Positions 51,920 to 52,026 of a stretch of 52,026 nt of DNA are shown piece by piece (the first letter of the stretch is position 1; every line of letters starts with the position of its first letter). The notes below the pieces were generated by a model. It did not search any database, was not told the DNA's origin, and saw only the letters and a list, made by a program, of their open reading frames with translations. Location: positions 1-52,026 of the forward strand of contig NW_021833809.1 of the NCBI RefSeq assembly GCF_006345805.1. The letters run 5' to 3'. This DNA comes from Octopus sinensis. Lineage: Eukaryota. Position numbers and translations under genes: made by a program.

Positions 51920-52026
51920 GGACCGTTTGAAATTTGAATGCTGGCAAAATTCCTCCTCAGCTACCCACAACGTGACGGGGCTGAATCCAGTCACGTCGAA
52001 TCCTTTACCAATTGTGGACGAAGCAC
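51920..52026. other. Possible coding exon cut by the window edge (strand unresolved)
   Basis: Unique, higher-GC sequence. TCTTACTTCCAG|G reads as an acceptor on + (open frame DRLKFECWQN..) and as a GAA|GTAAGA donor on - (open frame ..WVAEEEFCQHSNFKRSLE). Confidence 0.25.

Overview
AT-rich, microsatellite- and transposon-dense metazoan genomic DNA. The SINE, MITE and LINE repertoire looks like an octopus (coleoid cephalopod) genome; this is inferred from recalled repeat motifs, not from a database search. No intact protein-coding gene is supported: nearly all ORF-track entries are microsatellite, SINE or antisense-tRNA translations. The dominant feature is a ~31 kb tRNA-Thr cluster (5243-36200) with 19 full-length copies (17 UGU, 2 CGU) and 3 5'-truncated copies. 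It was built by an old head-to-head palindrome (17.3-19.1 kb), ~1.8 kb tandem duplications (22.6-27.1 kb), and a direct/inverted/direct rearrangement with a fold-back hairpin (27.1-36.3 kb). Two observations stand out. (1) A bipartite upstream element (~26 bp at -85, plus a TAAATAG-like box at about -35) is conserved at fixed spacing in front of both Thr(CGU) and Thr(UGU) genes whose intervening flanks have diverged. (2) A full-length 5S rRNA copy is fused 5' of a tRNA-head Deu/Nin-domain SINE, and the pair is bracketed by a 13-17 bp direct repeat, suggesting a 5S-SINE chimera retroposed as one unit. The rest is SINEs (some multimeric), decayed LINE/PLE fragments (R4/Dong-like, CR1, RTE, GIY-YIG), piggyBac/hAT/other MITEs, a Helitron, minisatellites and long microsatellites.
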